Positions 27,610-37,245 of a DNA stretch of 47,262 nucleotides are shown piece by piece. Each line of letters begins with the position of its first letter. The stretch's first letter is position 1. The notes under the pieces were generated by a model that saw nothing but the letters and a program-made list of their open reading frames with translations, ran no database searches and was not told the origin of the DNA. Made by a program: the position numbers and the translations under genes. The stretch is taken from contig CAYXAX010000002.1 in the NCBI GenBank assembly GCA_964463055.1, positions 1 through 47,262 of the forward strand, given 5' to 3'. Source of the stretch: an uncultured Gammaproteobacteria bacterium. GTDB lineage: Bacteria; Pseudomonadota; Gammaproteobacteria; CAWJPQ01.

Positions 27610-30108
27610 TTGTTCGCCTGCCGGCCATGCGGGTATCGGGCTTTGGCTAAAAACGGGCAAAAGGCAGTGCCGCTGACGTTGGGGGAACAGGCATATCGAG
27701 CCCTGTTCAATTTGACCAATGACGGTCTTGTCATTATTGGTCTGGATGGCCACATCAGGGAACTCAACCGCACCATGTATGAAAGGTTGGGGTATGGCAG
27801 GGAAGAACTGATTGGCGCACATATCTCTGGTATCTATACCCCGACGTCCGCACAAGCGGTTCCCGAGCGGATTCAGAATGTACGGGATCGCGGGTACTCG
27901 GTATTCGAGGCCGCCAATCTGCGTAAAGACGGCTCGGTGTTGCCCGTAGAGGTCAATGCGCGATTAATCGAACTGGAGGGCAAGCCCTGCATCATCAGCG
28001 TGGTTCGCGATATTGGCGAACGAAAGTTACTGGAAGAAACGCAGATGCTGACCCAGAGTGCCGTGGACCGCAGCAGCGATGCGGTGTTCTGGGTGAACAT
28101 GGAAGGCTGCGTGTTCAAGGCGAACGATCAGGCCTGCCGCAGTCTCGGCTATACCCGCGATGAATTGGTCGGCATGTACGTTTGGGATTTCGATCCAAAT
28201 TTTGTTGGCGTCGATTGGTCGGCGCGAATGCAAGCCCTGCGCAGCAAGAAGTCCTGGCGCCATGAATCCACGCACAGGTGCAAAGACGGCAGTACCTTCC
28301 CCGTGGAGGTGATCGCCAATCATGTCTGCTATAACGATAAGGAATGCGTCATCGCCTTCACCCGTAATCTTAGTGAAGTCAAGAAGGCTGATGCGGCTCT
28401 GCGTGAAAGTGAAGAACGCCTGCGCCAGGCCATTCGTGTCTCGCAGACCGGTATCTTTGATCATGATCACCTGACCAACACCATCTACTGGTCGCCGGAG
28501 CAGCATGTCATTCACGGCGTCGCGATGGACGAGACCGTGACACTGGAGAAAATACTTTCCGGTGTGCATCCCGCGGACCGGGAAAAGATTGGGCTGGCCG
28601 TGCAGCATGCTCATGACCCGGAGGGGGATGGGCTGTTTGACGTTCAATATCGCATTATCCGCCACGACGGTGTCAGGTGGGTAATGACCCGATCGCAGAC
28701 TTTGTTCGAAGGTGAGGGTGACGCACGCCGCCCGGTGCGCACCGTGGGCGCGCTGTTGGACATCACGGAGCGCATGCGTACCGAGGAACAGGTGGCGTAT
28801 CTGGCCTTCTACGATTCGTTGACCGGGCTCGCCAATCGGCGGCTGTTGCACGAGAGGCTGGAGCGCGCGCTGGCGGTCAGTGCGCGCAATCAGTTATACG
28901 GTGCACTGCTGTTCATCGATCTCGATCACTTCAAGACCATTAATGACACCGTCGGTCACGAATATGGCGATCTGCTGCTCAAGGAAGTGGCGTATCGTCT
29001 GCATACCGTTTTGCGCGAGGCGGATACCGTCTCGCGCCCCGGCGGCGATGAGTTCGTGGTGATCCTCGAAGAGCTCGATTTAGACAGGGACTCGGCTGCG
29101 GCGCACGCCAAGGCTGCCAGCGACAAACTTCTCAACGCGCTTTCCGAGCGCTATTACCTGCGGGAGCGTGAGTATATCGGTTCCGCCAGTATCGGCGTGG
29201 TTCTGTTCCGCGGTCATGAGGACAATATCGACGAACTTCTCAAGCGCTCGGACATGGCCATGTATGAGGCGAAACGCGCAGGACGCGGCGTTGTACGCTT
29301 TTTCGACCCACTGATGCAGTCTGTCTTCGAACGGCGCGCCAAGGTCGAGACTGAGATTCGCAAGGCCATTGAACTGAGTCAACTCGCGCTCTATTACCAA
29401 GCGCGGGTCGGCCGCGACGGCCAGACGCTGGGCGCTGAGGCGCTGCTGCGTTGGTGCCATCCCGAACGGGGTCTGGTTCTGCCGGGGGAGTTTATCCCCG
29501 TCTGCGAGGAGACCGGCCTGATTCTGCCCATCGGCGAATGGGTACTGGAAGCGGCCTGCGCCCAGCTGCGCACGTGGGAATCCAACCCCGATACGCGTAC
29601 GCTGAAGTTGTCAGTCAATATCAGTGCCAAGCAGTTCCGCCAGGATGACTTCGTCGATAAGGTGGTGCGTGCGCTGGCGAAGGCGGGAGTAGACCCCTCA
29701 CGTCTGGAGCTAGAGCTTACTGAGAGCATGTTCCTGGAGAATATCGGACAGTCCATCGCCAAGATGCGGCGCCTGCGCGATCTCGGCGTGCTGTTCGCCC
29801 TCGATGACTTTGGTACCGGGTACTCATCCCTGTCCTATCTGAAAAAGCTGCCACTAAGCCAGATCAAGATCGACCGCAGCTTCGTGCGTGATATCACCCA
29901 TGACAAGAACGACGAAATTATCGTGCAGACCATCATCAAAATGGGACAGACCCTGGGCCTCGAGGTCATCGCCGAGGGTGTGGAGACCAACGAACAGCGC
30001 CGTTTATTGGAACAATACGGCTGCGAGAACTTTCAGGGCTACCTGTTCGGCAAGCCCGTCCCCGTCGAAGAATTTGAACTGAGCCTGTCCACCGCGGATT
30101 GTCTTTAA
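27610..30108 (+). CDS. cytoplasmic sensor, PAS-PAS-PAS-GGDEF-EAL
   Basis: 832 aa with three PAS-like modules. GGDEF is intact (SRPGGDEFVV) and has an RxxD site (READ). EAL motifs are EALLRW, DDFGTGYSSL, KIDRSF, EGVET and QGYLFGKP. The TTG start is tentative. Confidence 0.9.
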   Translation: MFACRPCGYRALAKNGQKAVPLTLGEQAYRALFNLTNDGLVIIGLDGHIRELNRTMYERLGYGREELIGAHISGIYTPTSAQAVPERIQNVRDRGYSVFEAANLRKDGSVLPVEVNARLIELEGKPCIISVVRDIGERKLLEETQMLTQSAVDRSSDAVFWVNMEGCVFKANDQACRSLGYTRDELVGMYVWDFDPNFVGVDWSARMQALRSKKSWRHESTHRCKDGSTFPVEVIANHVCYNDKECVIAFTRNLSEVKKADAALRESEERLRQAIRVSQTGIFDHDHLTNTIYWSPEQHVIHGVAMDETVTLEKILSGVHPADREKIGLAVQHAHDPEGDGLFDVQYRIIRHDGVRWVMTRSQTLFEGEGDARRPVRTVGALLDITERMRTEEQVAYLAFYDSLTGLANRRLLHERLERALAVSARNQLYGALLFIDLDHFKTINDTVGHEYGDLLLKEVAYRLHTVLREADTVSRPGGDEFVVILEELDLDRDSAAAHAKAASDKLLNALSERYYLREREYIGSASIGVVLFRGHEDNIDELLKRSDMAMYEAKRAGRGVVRFFDPLMQSVFERRAKVETEIRKAIELSQLALYYQARVGRDGQTLGAEALLRWCHPERGLVLPGEFIPVCEETGLILPIGEWVLEAACAQLRTWESNPDTRTLKLSVNISAKQFRQDDFVDKVVRALAKAGVDPSRLELELTESMFLENIGQSIAKMRRLRDLGVLFALDDFGTGYSSLSYLKKLPLSQIKIDRSFVRDITHDKNDEIIVQTIIKMGQTLGLEVIAEGVETNEQRRLLEQYGCENFQGYLFGKPVPVEEFELSLSTADCL

Positions 30109-30213
30109 TTCGGCGTCGCCTCATACTGGAATGGCAATATTCCGGTATCCTATGCTCTACCCGTCAGTCGGCATCCGGTCCGCCGGATGGCAGGTCAAAT
30201 GGAGGTCACGCTC

Positions 30214-30492
30214 ATGAAGGCAACAGCGGAACTGCAAGTCGTTCCCATTGGCAGCGGTGTTTCCGTCAGGAAGGAGATCAGCCGGGTCGTCGAGATACTG
30301 AAGGACCACGATTTCGTCGTGGAGACCCACGCGTCGGGCACCAATATTGAAGGCGAGATGGCGGACATCCTTGCCGCCGTCGGGCAAATCCATGAAAGAC
30401 TGCACCGGGAGGGCTGCGTTCGTCTGCTGAGTTATCTCAAGCTGGAGACGCGCTCTGACAAGGCCCCGACCTTGACCGGCAAGCGGCTGTAA
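30214..30492 (+). CDS. MTH1187/YkoF-like (DUF77) thiamine-binding family protein
   Basis: Track ORF trimmed to ATG 30214 (GGAGG 8 nt upstream). MKATAELQVVPIGSGVSVRKEISRVVEIL...GTNIEGEMADILAAVGQIHE fits the family pattern. Confidence 0.7.
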   Translation: MKATAELQVVPIGSGVSVRKEISRVVEILKDHDFVVETHASGTNIEGEMADILAAVGQIHERLHREGCVRLLSYLKLETRSDKAPTLTGKRL

Positions 30493-30515
30493 GCACGTAC
30501 GAGTCGGCTGTTCAT

Positions 30516-30926
30516 ATGGAAATCCCTGTACAGCAAGGCACGCCGCCGGTGGAAGAAGGCCTGGTTACGCTGACTTTTTTGATCTACGGGCTGCACGGGT
30601 TCAGCGCCATCAGCGGGCTGCTGAGTCCGGCCTTTGTCGTCACGGCTTTTCTCACCGGATGGCCTTCGATTATTGCCGTAATTCTTAACTACGTAAAGCG
30701 TGGTGAGGCGCGCGGCACCTGGCTGGAATCCCACTTCCGCTGGCAGATACGCACCTTCTGGTTCGCGTTTCTGTGGGTGATGATCGTGCTGCTGCTGGTA
30801 GCTACCGTGATCGCCATTCCCCTGGCGATCATCATCGCATGGTTCGTCGGCCTGTGGGTGCTATACCGCATCGCACGGGGTTGGCTGCGGCTGTCTAACC
30901 GCATCCCGATGCCCATGCCGATGTGA
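30516..30926 (+). CDS. small integral membrane protein (COG3671/DUF4870-like)
   Basis: 136 aa with 3-4 TM helices and the segment SHFRWQIRTFWF, which is typical of that family as I recall it. Confidence 0.5.
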   Translation: MEIPVQQGTPPVEEGLVTLTFLIYGLHGFSAISGLLSPAFVVTAFLTGWPSIIAVILNYVKRGEARGTWLESHFRWQIRTFWFAFLWVMIVLLLVATVIAIPLAIIIAWFVGLWVLYRIARGWLRLSNRIPMPMPM

Positions 30927-31023
30927 AGTCGTGTGACTGCGGGCCGCCCTCTCACTCCACCTGGAGAAGCCAGGATAATCGCGATCTTCGGGATGGCTGC
31001 GCCCTAGACTGATTCCTGCTCAT

Positions 31024-31287
31024 TCAGCCTGGATACCTCCCACGATACCTGCGGCACAGTCCTGTGAGCGGGGCAAGTCCGACCAACGTCAACCACTTCG
31101 CCGTACCATCGCCGGATGCGGTCGGTGTGGAAGGGGTGGGGGTCACGGAGGCGTCGGTGGCCGTCGCGATTCCGCGCGGGTCCTTCGCCGTGTAGTTGGC
31201 CACGCTGTCCGCAGCGTTGGGTCCTCCGCGCTGGATGGTCAGTTGTACGCAGTAATTACCTGCTATCAGCCTGGGGTATATGCACTG
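31024..31287 (-). pseudogene. 3' remnant of a surface-protein gene (PKD/Ig-like strand, Thr/Pro linker, C-terminal anchor)
   Basis: An 87-codon stop-to-stop frame has no usable start. It reads ...AGNYCVQLTIQRGGPNAADSVANYTAKDP...TPTPSTPTASGDGTAKWLTLVGLAPLTGLCRRYRGRYPG*. GC3 is coding-like. The tail is a hydrophobic helix followed by a basic cluster, like a sorting signal. Confidence 0.35.
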
Positions 31288-31345
31288 TCACCGGGTAGCA
31301 GTCGCGATGCGGCCTGAGGGAGTAAGCGCCTTTCCATGCCTGTCG

Positions 31346-31365
31346 ATTCCCGCTGCCGCGGGAAT
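31346..31365. repeat. REP-like palindromic hairpin, single copy
   Basis: ATTCCCGC-TGCC-GCGGGAAT forms an 8-bp stem in the 732-nt gene-poor gap. Confidence 0.3.
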
Positions 31366-31658
31366 GACGGCCAAAGCGTTCTACCCCTGATTTTTCAATG
31401 GCCTGCTAGCGAACGTAGCGGCGATGCGATGTAGGAAAAATGCCAGTATCCTCCTAATCTGCCCCGATGGTTTTGTAACCCGGCTTTGATGCGGCTGATG
31501 ATTACTGCGACGGCTGTTCCCATATCACGTTGTCGCTATGGTATTTAGAGTGCGGGGGGCCTTAATAGGGAGCTTCATAGATCAGAGTACAGACTGCGGC
31601 TTATCGACTCTGTTACCATGCCAAGACAGGTGTCATAAAAGGGTGGACTGAACCAGTC

Positions 31659-31931
31659 ATGGCGAAATTCGATAAGGACGATTTCGATTATATCAGCGGC
31701 GACGGCCCCGGTCCGGCGGGTCCCATTACCGGTTTGCTTCAAATGGTCGGTGGTGCGCTGATTTTCATTGTTTCCCTGGCGGTTATGTTTTACGAAATCG
31801 AGAAGGGACTATCCAGCCATAATCTGCGTACATTCCAAACCTCGTTTGCACTGGTGATGTTGTTCGGCCTGCCGGTCTTTGCCATTGGCGTATGGCTGTT
31901 TAATCGCGGAAAGCGTACTTGGAGGGGGTAG
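31659..31931 (+). CDS. small membrane protein, hypothetical
   Basis: 90 aa with two hydrophobic helices (LLQMVGGALIFIVSLAVMF; FALVMLFGLPVFAIGVWLF). Confidence 0.5.
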   Translation: MAKFDKDDFDYISGDGPGPAGPITGLLQMVGGALIFIVSLAVMFYEIEKGLSSHNLRTFQTSFALVMLFGLPVFAIGVWLFNRGKRTWRG

Positions 31932-32035
31932 CCCGGGCTCGTGACCGAATTCATTCTGCGCTGCATTTTCAATTTATAGAATAGTTGGCTTCTGCCGGCG
32001 GTGCGGGCTGGGTTTTGTCAAACGCGCTTGCACTC

Positions 32036-32680
32036 TCAGACGGGAACGGCGCCGATAGCCCTGATTCGAAACCACCCGGCAATGCTGGCACGCCCGGCGC
32101 GGGTGACGGCAACTTCATGGGGCATTTCCTCGCTGACAAAGCAGGCCAGCGTCCCGCCGAGGGGCGGGGTCTCGGCGACAACGTCATTATCCCGATAGAT
32201 CAGCAGTTCGCCGCCGTCTCCCTTCCGCCACGCCGGGTTGAGATAGGCGGCGAAGGATATCCGGCGCAGGTTGTCATCGTGAAAGCTGTCCAGGTGCCGC
32301 TGATAGCCGGTGCCCGGTGCATAGTAGGCAAAGTGAGTCTCGATCTCCACGAGGCTTAGAAACAGTTGCTGGTTGATCAATCGCCTGAGCTGTCCCATCT
32401 CATCGAGAAACGCGCGCTGCGCCTCGGTGGCGCCGTCGAGCCAGAGGATTGAATCTCCGCGTATCTCTGCTATGCGAATGCGCTGTTGTCGTTTGCCGAT
32501 ATGAGCCGCACGGAGGTGATTGTTCCGGTGATGGCGCCGCAGTTCCTGATGCAGGGCGGTAATCAGCTCGGGTGCAAAATAATCCTGAATAATACTGAAG
32601 CGGTCTCGCACAAGACCTTCAATGACCAGCTGCTGCTTGGATAGCGCACAAAAATCGGCATGAACCCGTGGGTCGCCCAT
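32036..32680 (-). CDS. 2OG-Fe(II) oxygenase (prolyl-hydroxylase-like)
   Basis: 214 aa with the HxD motif in YQRHLDSF, plus RISFAAYLNPAW and GGELLIY. Confidence 0.75.
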   Translation of the reverse strand: MGDPRVHADFCALSKQQLVIEGLVRDRFSIIQDYFAPELITALHQELRRHHRNNHLRAAHIGKRQQRIRIAEIRGDSILWLDGATEAQRAFLDEMGQLRRLINQQLFLSLVEIETHFAYYAPGTGYQRHLDSFHDDNLRRISFAAYLNPAWRKGDGGELLIYRDNDVVAETPPLGGTLACFVSEEMPHEVAVTRAGRASIAGWFRIRAIGAVPV

Positions 32681-32863
32681 GTATCATTTTCCCGGACATC
32701 ACGTTGATGTGACGCCGCGATTATGCCACTTTTGCGCCCCGGCAGTTGGTAATAATTATAAGTTAAATCAATAAATAAGCATATTCTCTCTGGTTATGGC
32801 GCGCGCCTGATCCGAGCGTGTCGGGAGTTGAAAGACCGGGCGCTGCGGGAGCATGTCGGACGT

Positions 32864-34927
32864 CTACACCAGGTCCGCCATGGAAATGCTGTCCTGCTCC
32901 AGAAGGGCCGTGTAGGCTTCAACGATCGCCGGGTCGAACTGCCCACCGGCGTTATTTTTCAGTTCCTGTATCGCCTGCCGCCCGGAAAGTTTCGGTAAGC
33001 GCACCGTGGTCATCTCGTGATAGGCGTCAACGACGCTGAGTACCCTGGCCAGATAGGGTATCGCTTCACCCTTGAGCCCGTTGGGATTGCCTTGCCCGTC
33101 GTAGCGCTCGCGCAGATACACAATGGTTTGCAGCACCGTTGCAAGCTGCTGGGTCTGCTCGATCAGCGCCTGTGCCGGTGTCGGGCGAGCGGCGCCGGTT
33201 GGCCGTATTTTTCCGGTTTGCCTGTCGGGGCTGGCGGTACCTTTATCCGGCGCATCGACGACGCCGATGTTATGGAATAAGCTTGCGAACTCCAGTGTCT
33301 CCTTGTCATTGTCCTGCAGCTTCAAGGCCTCGGCGAGGCGCAGGGTATGATGCACCATCCCCTCCGTATCGGCCTTTTTGTCGGGAGTTTTTGCGTGAAT
33401 GAACGCCGCAAGATCTCTCAGGACCATCATCTGGGGCGTGCACAAATAGTCCTCCAGCATCGCCGGTCCGTTGTCGCCAGCATTTTCGATGTCGCGGCTG
33501 TATGCGACGACCCGGTTACGGCCGGCCCGTTTTGCCGAATAAAGCGCCTGGTCGGCGCGATGGATCATCTCATCGCGCTGCAGGGTGTCATTCGGGAACG
33601 ATGAAAATCCGATGCTGACCGTGATGCTGACAGCCTGGTCCTTGCCCACCTGATAGGAAGAGTCCGCGATTGCCTGGCGTATACGCTCGGTAATGATCTT
33701 TACACGGTCGGGCTTTACTTCGGGCAGGATGACTGCGAACTCTTCTCCGCCGTATCTGAACACCTTGTCTACGGCGCGCAGGCAATGGTGCATTGTCTGC
33801 GCGATCTCCTTCAGCACGAGGTCACCTACCTGGTGGCCGTAGTTGTCGTTCACCATCTTGAAGTGGTCAAGATCCAGGAGCAGTAGCGAGAATTCCTTGT
33901 TGTAGCGTCGGCTGCGCTCTACTTCCTTCGTCAAACACTTTTGAAATTCCATATGATTGTATAAGCCGGTCAGGCTGTCGGTGACCGCCTGCTGTTCGAT
34001 TTTTTCGATAAACCGTGCGTTATCGATGGCGACGCCGGCATGGACCGCAAGTGTCGAGAGCGTGTCCACGTCTTCCGGGGAGAAGAGTTGGTGATTCAGT
34101 TTGTTGAGAACGCACAACACACCCTCGACTTTGCCCTGCATGGTGAGAGGCACGGTCAGCGCTTGGCGCAGCATGGGGTGCAGCCACGGCGTCGCCGCCC
34201 ATTGGGGATGAGTGATGGGTTGTTCAACCACTACTGGCCGGTTCTCACGGTAGGCGCCGGACAGCAGGCCGATTCTCTCCAAGGGACCCATGAGTTCATT
34301 CTCATCGGTGTCGATACCATGGGTCTTGACGAACGATACCGAACCGCTGGCGTTAATGAGGCATAAGATACTTTTTTCAACGCCGATGAGCTTGGCGGCG
34401 CCTTTTACCAGGCACTCCGAAAGGGTATCCACTTTGCGTTCGCTGGCGGCGGCCAGGGACAGTTCGTAAAGGCGCCGTCCGCGCAGTGAGGCCTCTTCCA
34501 GCTCTATTTTCATGCGGCTTTGACTGATGGTCCTTGCGATCGTCGCCGGAAGCGCCTCGTGATAGTTCTTGATTTTGATGATGTAGTCATGGGCGCCGTT
34601 TTTCATGGCGTCCACGGCGATGGTCTCGTCACCCTGTCCCGTGACCATGATCACGGGTATATTTGGGTTGATCTGTTTGATCTCGCGAAGCACTTCCAGG
34701 CCGTTCATGCCGGGAAGGCTGTAATCGAGGATCACGACATCGAACGGCCCACTTCGCAGGCATTCCAGTGCCGACGGTCCGTTTTCAGCTTCCGTCACAT
34801 GTGCATTCGGCATGTTCTCATGCAGCGCCGTGATGGTCAGTTCCCGCTGGTCTATATTGTCTTCCACCAACAGGATGTTTACCGGCGAATCGGGGAGTAC
34901 TGCGTCTGCGCTGTCACGCACTGTCAT
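32864..34927 (-). CDS. response regulator REC-GAF-GGDEF with degenerate HD-GYP C-terminal domain
   Basis: 687 aa. The REC domain shows ILLVEDN...DVVILDYSLPGMNG. After a GAF domain, GGEEF is intact (RYGGEEFAV) with RAVD as the I-site. The C-terminal domain reads LFHNIG and RERYDGQGNPNGL where HD-GYP domains have HD and HHE..GYP. Confidence 0.85.
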   Translation of the reverse strand: MTVRDSADAVLPDSPVNILLVEDNIDQRELTITALHENMPNAHVTEAENGPSALECLRSGPFDVVILDYSLPGMNGLEVLREIKQINPNIPVIMVTGQGDETIAVDAMKNGAHDYIIKIKNYHEALPATIARTISQSRMKIELEEASLRGRRLYELSLAAASERKVDTLSECLVKGAAKLIGVEKSILCLINASGSVSFVKTHGIDTDENELMGPLERIGLLSGAYRENRPVVVEQPITHPQWAATPWLHPMLRQALTVPLTMQGKVEGVLCVLNKLNHQLFSPEDVDTLSTLAVHAGVAIDNARFIEKIEQQAVTDSLTGLYNHMEFQKCLTKEVERSRRYNKEFSLLLLDLDHFKMVNDNYGHQVGDLVLKEIAQTMHHCLRAVDKVFRYGGEEFAVILPEVKPDRVKIITERIRQAIADSSYQVGKDQAVSITVSIGFSSFPNDTLQRDEMIHRADQALYSAKRAGRNRVVAYSRDIENAGDNGPAMLEDYLCTPQMMVLRDLAAFIHAKTPDKKADTEGMVHHTLRLAEALKLQDNDKETLEFASLFHNIGVVDAPDKGTASPDRQTGKIRPTGAARPTPAQALIEQTQQLATVLQTIVYLRERYDGQGNPNGLKGEAIPYLARVLSVVDAYHEMTTVRLPKLSGRQAIQELKNNAGGQFDPAIVEAYTALLEQDSISMADLV

Positions 34928-35348
34928 ATCGCGGTTCCCGGTTGGTCATGAGCCAGTAGTGCTCCAGTGACTGTATCTTTTCCAGATAGTCATCCAGCTT
35001 TACGGGCTTGGTAATATAACTGTTGACGCCGAGGCGGTAGCATTTGATCATTTCCTCGTTGTGGTCGGAAGTGGTCAGCACCACCACCGGTATCACCTTC
35101 AGGTCGTAGTCCTCCTTGATATCCTTGAGCACCTCCATGCCGGTCGCCTTGGGAAGGTTGAGATCGAGGATGATCAGTGACGGACGCGGGGCGTTGATGT
35201 GGGCACCTTTTCTGCGGACAAAATCGATGGCCTCCTGACCGTCCTTTGCCCAATGGATTTCCTTGTCGACGTCATTCTCATCCAGATACTGCCGTATGAT
35301 CTCGGCATGATCTTCGTTGTCTTCCACCAGAAGGATTACATTAGCCAT
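34914..35348 (-). CDS. stand-alone CheY-like receiver protein
   Basis: Track ORF trimmed to ATG 35348 (MANVILLVEDNEDHAEII...LIILDLNLPKATG...SYITKP). It overlaps both neighbouring genes. Confidence 0.85.
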   Translation of the reverse strand: MANVILLVEDNEDHAEIIRQYLDENDVDKEIHWAKDGQEAIDFVRRKGAHINAPRPSLIILDLNLPKATGMEVLKDIKEDYDLKVIPVVVLTTSDHNEEMIKCYRLGVNSYITKPVKLDDYLEKIQSLEHYWLMTNREPRYDSA

Positions 35349-37245
35349 TTGCCATTCTCTCCAGTTCATCTGCTTCTCCTTTGCGCGTCCGTTTATTGTT
35401 GGCGGGGATCAGGAATATAAAAGTAGTCCCTTCTCCGACCTTGGATTCGAACCATATCCGTCCTCCGGCCATTTCCAGGATTTTCTTTACGATGGCCAGG
35501 CCGATGCCCGTGCCTTCCACCGGCACCTCCTTGAGACGGTGAAATATCTTGAAGACCTTGTCGTTGTATTTTTGGTCGATGCCGATGCCGTTGTCCTTGA
35601 CGTAGAACTCCATAAATCCGTCGATCTCGCGCCCGCCGATCTCGACGGTTGGATTGGGCTGTTCGCCCATGAATTTGATGGAATTGCTGATGATGTTCAT
35701 GAAGATCTTGCACAGGTCTGTACGGTCAAACACCGCATTTGGCATGGGGCTGTGAACCTTGATGGTGACGTTTCTTTCGTGAATGGCCCTGTCACATTGA
35801 TTCAGGCTTTCACCGACGACGCTCTCGACATTCAAGTCCTCCATGCGGTATTCGTGCTTGCCGACCTTGGAGAAATTGAGCAGGTCGGTGATGAGCTGCT
35901 CCATGAATCCGGCGTTGGACATGAGGCGCTGCAGATAGTGTTCTCCCTGATCGCCCAGCTGACCGCCGAACTTTTTCTGCATGATGGCGGCCATCCCGTA
36001 CAGGGAGATTACCGGCGCCTTCAGGTCGTGAGTGACGCTGTAGACGAAAGTCTCCAATTCCTGGTTGGCCTTGTTGACCTGCTCGGTACGCTCCTCGATC
36101 TTTCTTTCAAGATCGGTCGTATAGTCCTTGAGTTCTTCGACCATGATCTTCGCGTCCTGCTGCAGCGCCGCCATCTCGCGGGATGACAGGGGATGCGGCG
36201 GGTCGGGCATCTGGGAGAAATCGCCGTTACTTACTGAGGCGAGTATCTTTGCCAATTTTCTGATCGGGCGCGCCAGACCCTCCGCCAGCAGCGTGGCGAT
36301 GATCAGTCCCACGAGCAGGGCGATACCGGCAACGGTCAGCACCTGCCGACGCGCCAATGCCGTCTGAGTCAGTTCATAAGCCTGCGGGCGGTAGACGGCC
36401 ACTGTCCAGCCGAGACCATACTCGTCCACGCCGGTAACGGTGGCGCGCATCATATCCCCCTTGTTGTCCGCCCCGCTGCGTATCTCGGGATTGCCGTCCC
36501 GCGCCTGCCGGAACAGGGGTAGATAGGAGAGATTTTTTACCGCCTTGCGCACGCTGTCGTCGGGAAAGGCGATTACCCGGCCTTCATTGTCCAGGACCGC
36601 GACATTGAGCCCCGTCATTCCCTTGATTACTTGAGAGACAAGGTCCTGGATGCCGCTCAAATCCAGAGAGCCTTCGACAAAACCCGCGATGCCGCCGCGG
36701 CTGTCCTTGATGGGCGCGGCAATCTGTACATTGGGGACGCCTGAGCGTTTTCCGATCTGTACCCGGGAGATGGCCGTCTTTCCGGTGTGCAGCATTTCCT
36801 TGTAATAATCTCGGGTGGAATAGTTGGTCCCGGCATTCGGTCGGCCGTCTTGGTTTATGGGAGGATCATCCACGATGGACACGGCATCGGGCCCGGCGAT
36901 GTACATGATGGAGAAGCCGCCGTAGCGGTGTCGTTGCGAGGTGACCATGGGTTGAAGCACGGTTTTGTCCATGTCGCCGCGGGCCTGCACCTGGCCGGCG
37001 AGGGTCTCCACCGCCCGCACATGACCGTCGACCATCTGGCCAATGCCGTATGCCAGGGTCTCGGCGACAAACTGGCGTTCCTGGTCGATTTCTTCCAGCT
37101 GCTTGGCTTCCCACTTCGGGACCTGGATCCCCCCCAGCAGCAGCACCGGCAGGGCGGCGACCAGCCCGAAGCAGCAGAACAGGTAGCCCCGGAGACCGAT
37201 GCGCCGCTTCCTTGTAGGCTTCTCCGGCCCGCTCGTTTGAGCCAT
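35341..37245 (-). CDS. sensor histidine kinase (TM-Cache-like-TM-HAMP-HisKA-HATPase)
   Basis: 634 aa. The periplasmic Cache-like domain contains YSTRDYYKEM. The H-box is FVYSVTHDLKAPV. ATPase motifs are DNGIGID and GTGIGLAIV. Confidence 0.9.
   Translation of the reverse strand: MAQTSGPEKPTRKRRIGLRGYLFCCFGLVAALPVLLLGGIQVPKWEAKQLEEIDQERQFVAETLAYGIGQMVDGHVRAVETLAGQVQARGDMDKTVLQPMVTSQRHRYGGFSIMYIAGPDAVSIVDDPPINQDGRPNAGTNYSTRDYYKEMLHTGKTAISRVQIGKRSGVPNVQIAAPIKDSRGGIAGFVEGSLDLSGIQDLVSQVIKGMTGLNVAVLDNEGRVIAFPDDSVRKAVKNLSYLPLFRQARDGNPEIRSGADNKGDMMRATVTGVDEYGLGWTVAVYRPQAYELTQTALARRQVLTVAGIALLVGLIIATLLAEGLARPIRKLAKILASVSNGDFSQMPDPPHPLSSREMAALQQDAKIMVEELKDYTTDLERKIEERTEQVNKANQELETFVYSVTHDLKAPVISLYGMAAIMQKKFGGQLGDQGEHYLQRLMSNAGFMEQLITDLLNFSKVGKHEYRMEDLNVESVVGESLNQCDRAIHERNVTIKVHSPMPNAVFDRTDLCKIFMNIISNSIKFMGEQPNPTVEIGGREIDGFMEFYVKDNGIGIDQKYNDKVFKIFHRLKEVPVEGTGIGLAIVKKILEMAGGRIWFESKVGEGTTFIFLIPANNKRTRKGEADELERMANG

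Noticed and set aside
31346-31365. The palindrome ATTCCCGCTGCCGCGGGAAT resembles a CRISPR repeat or a REP element.
   Set aside because: It occurs only once in the window, with no spacer-repeat periodicity and no cas genes. It may be one copy of a dispersed REP family, but that cannot be judged from this window.
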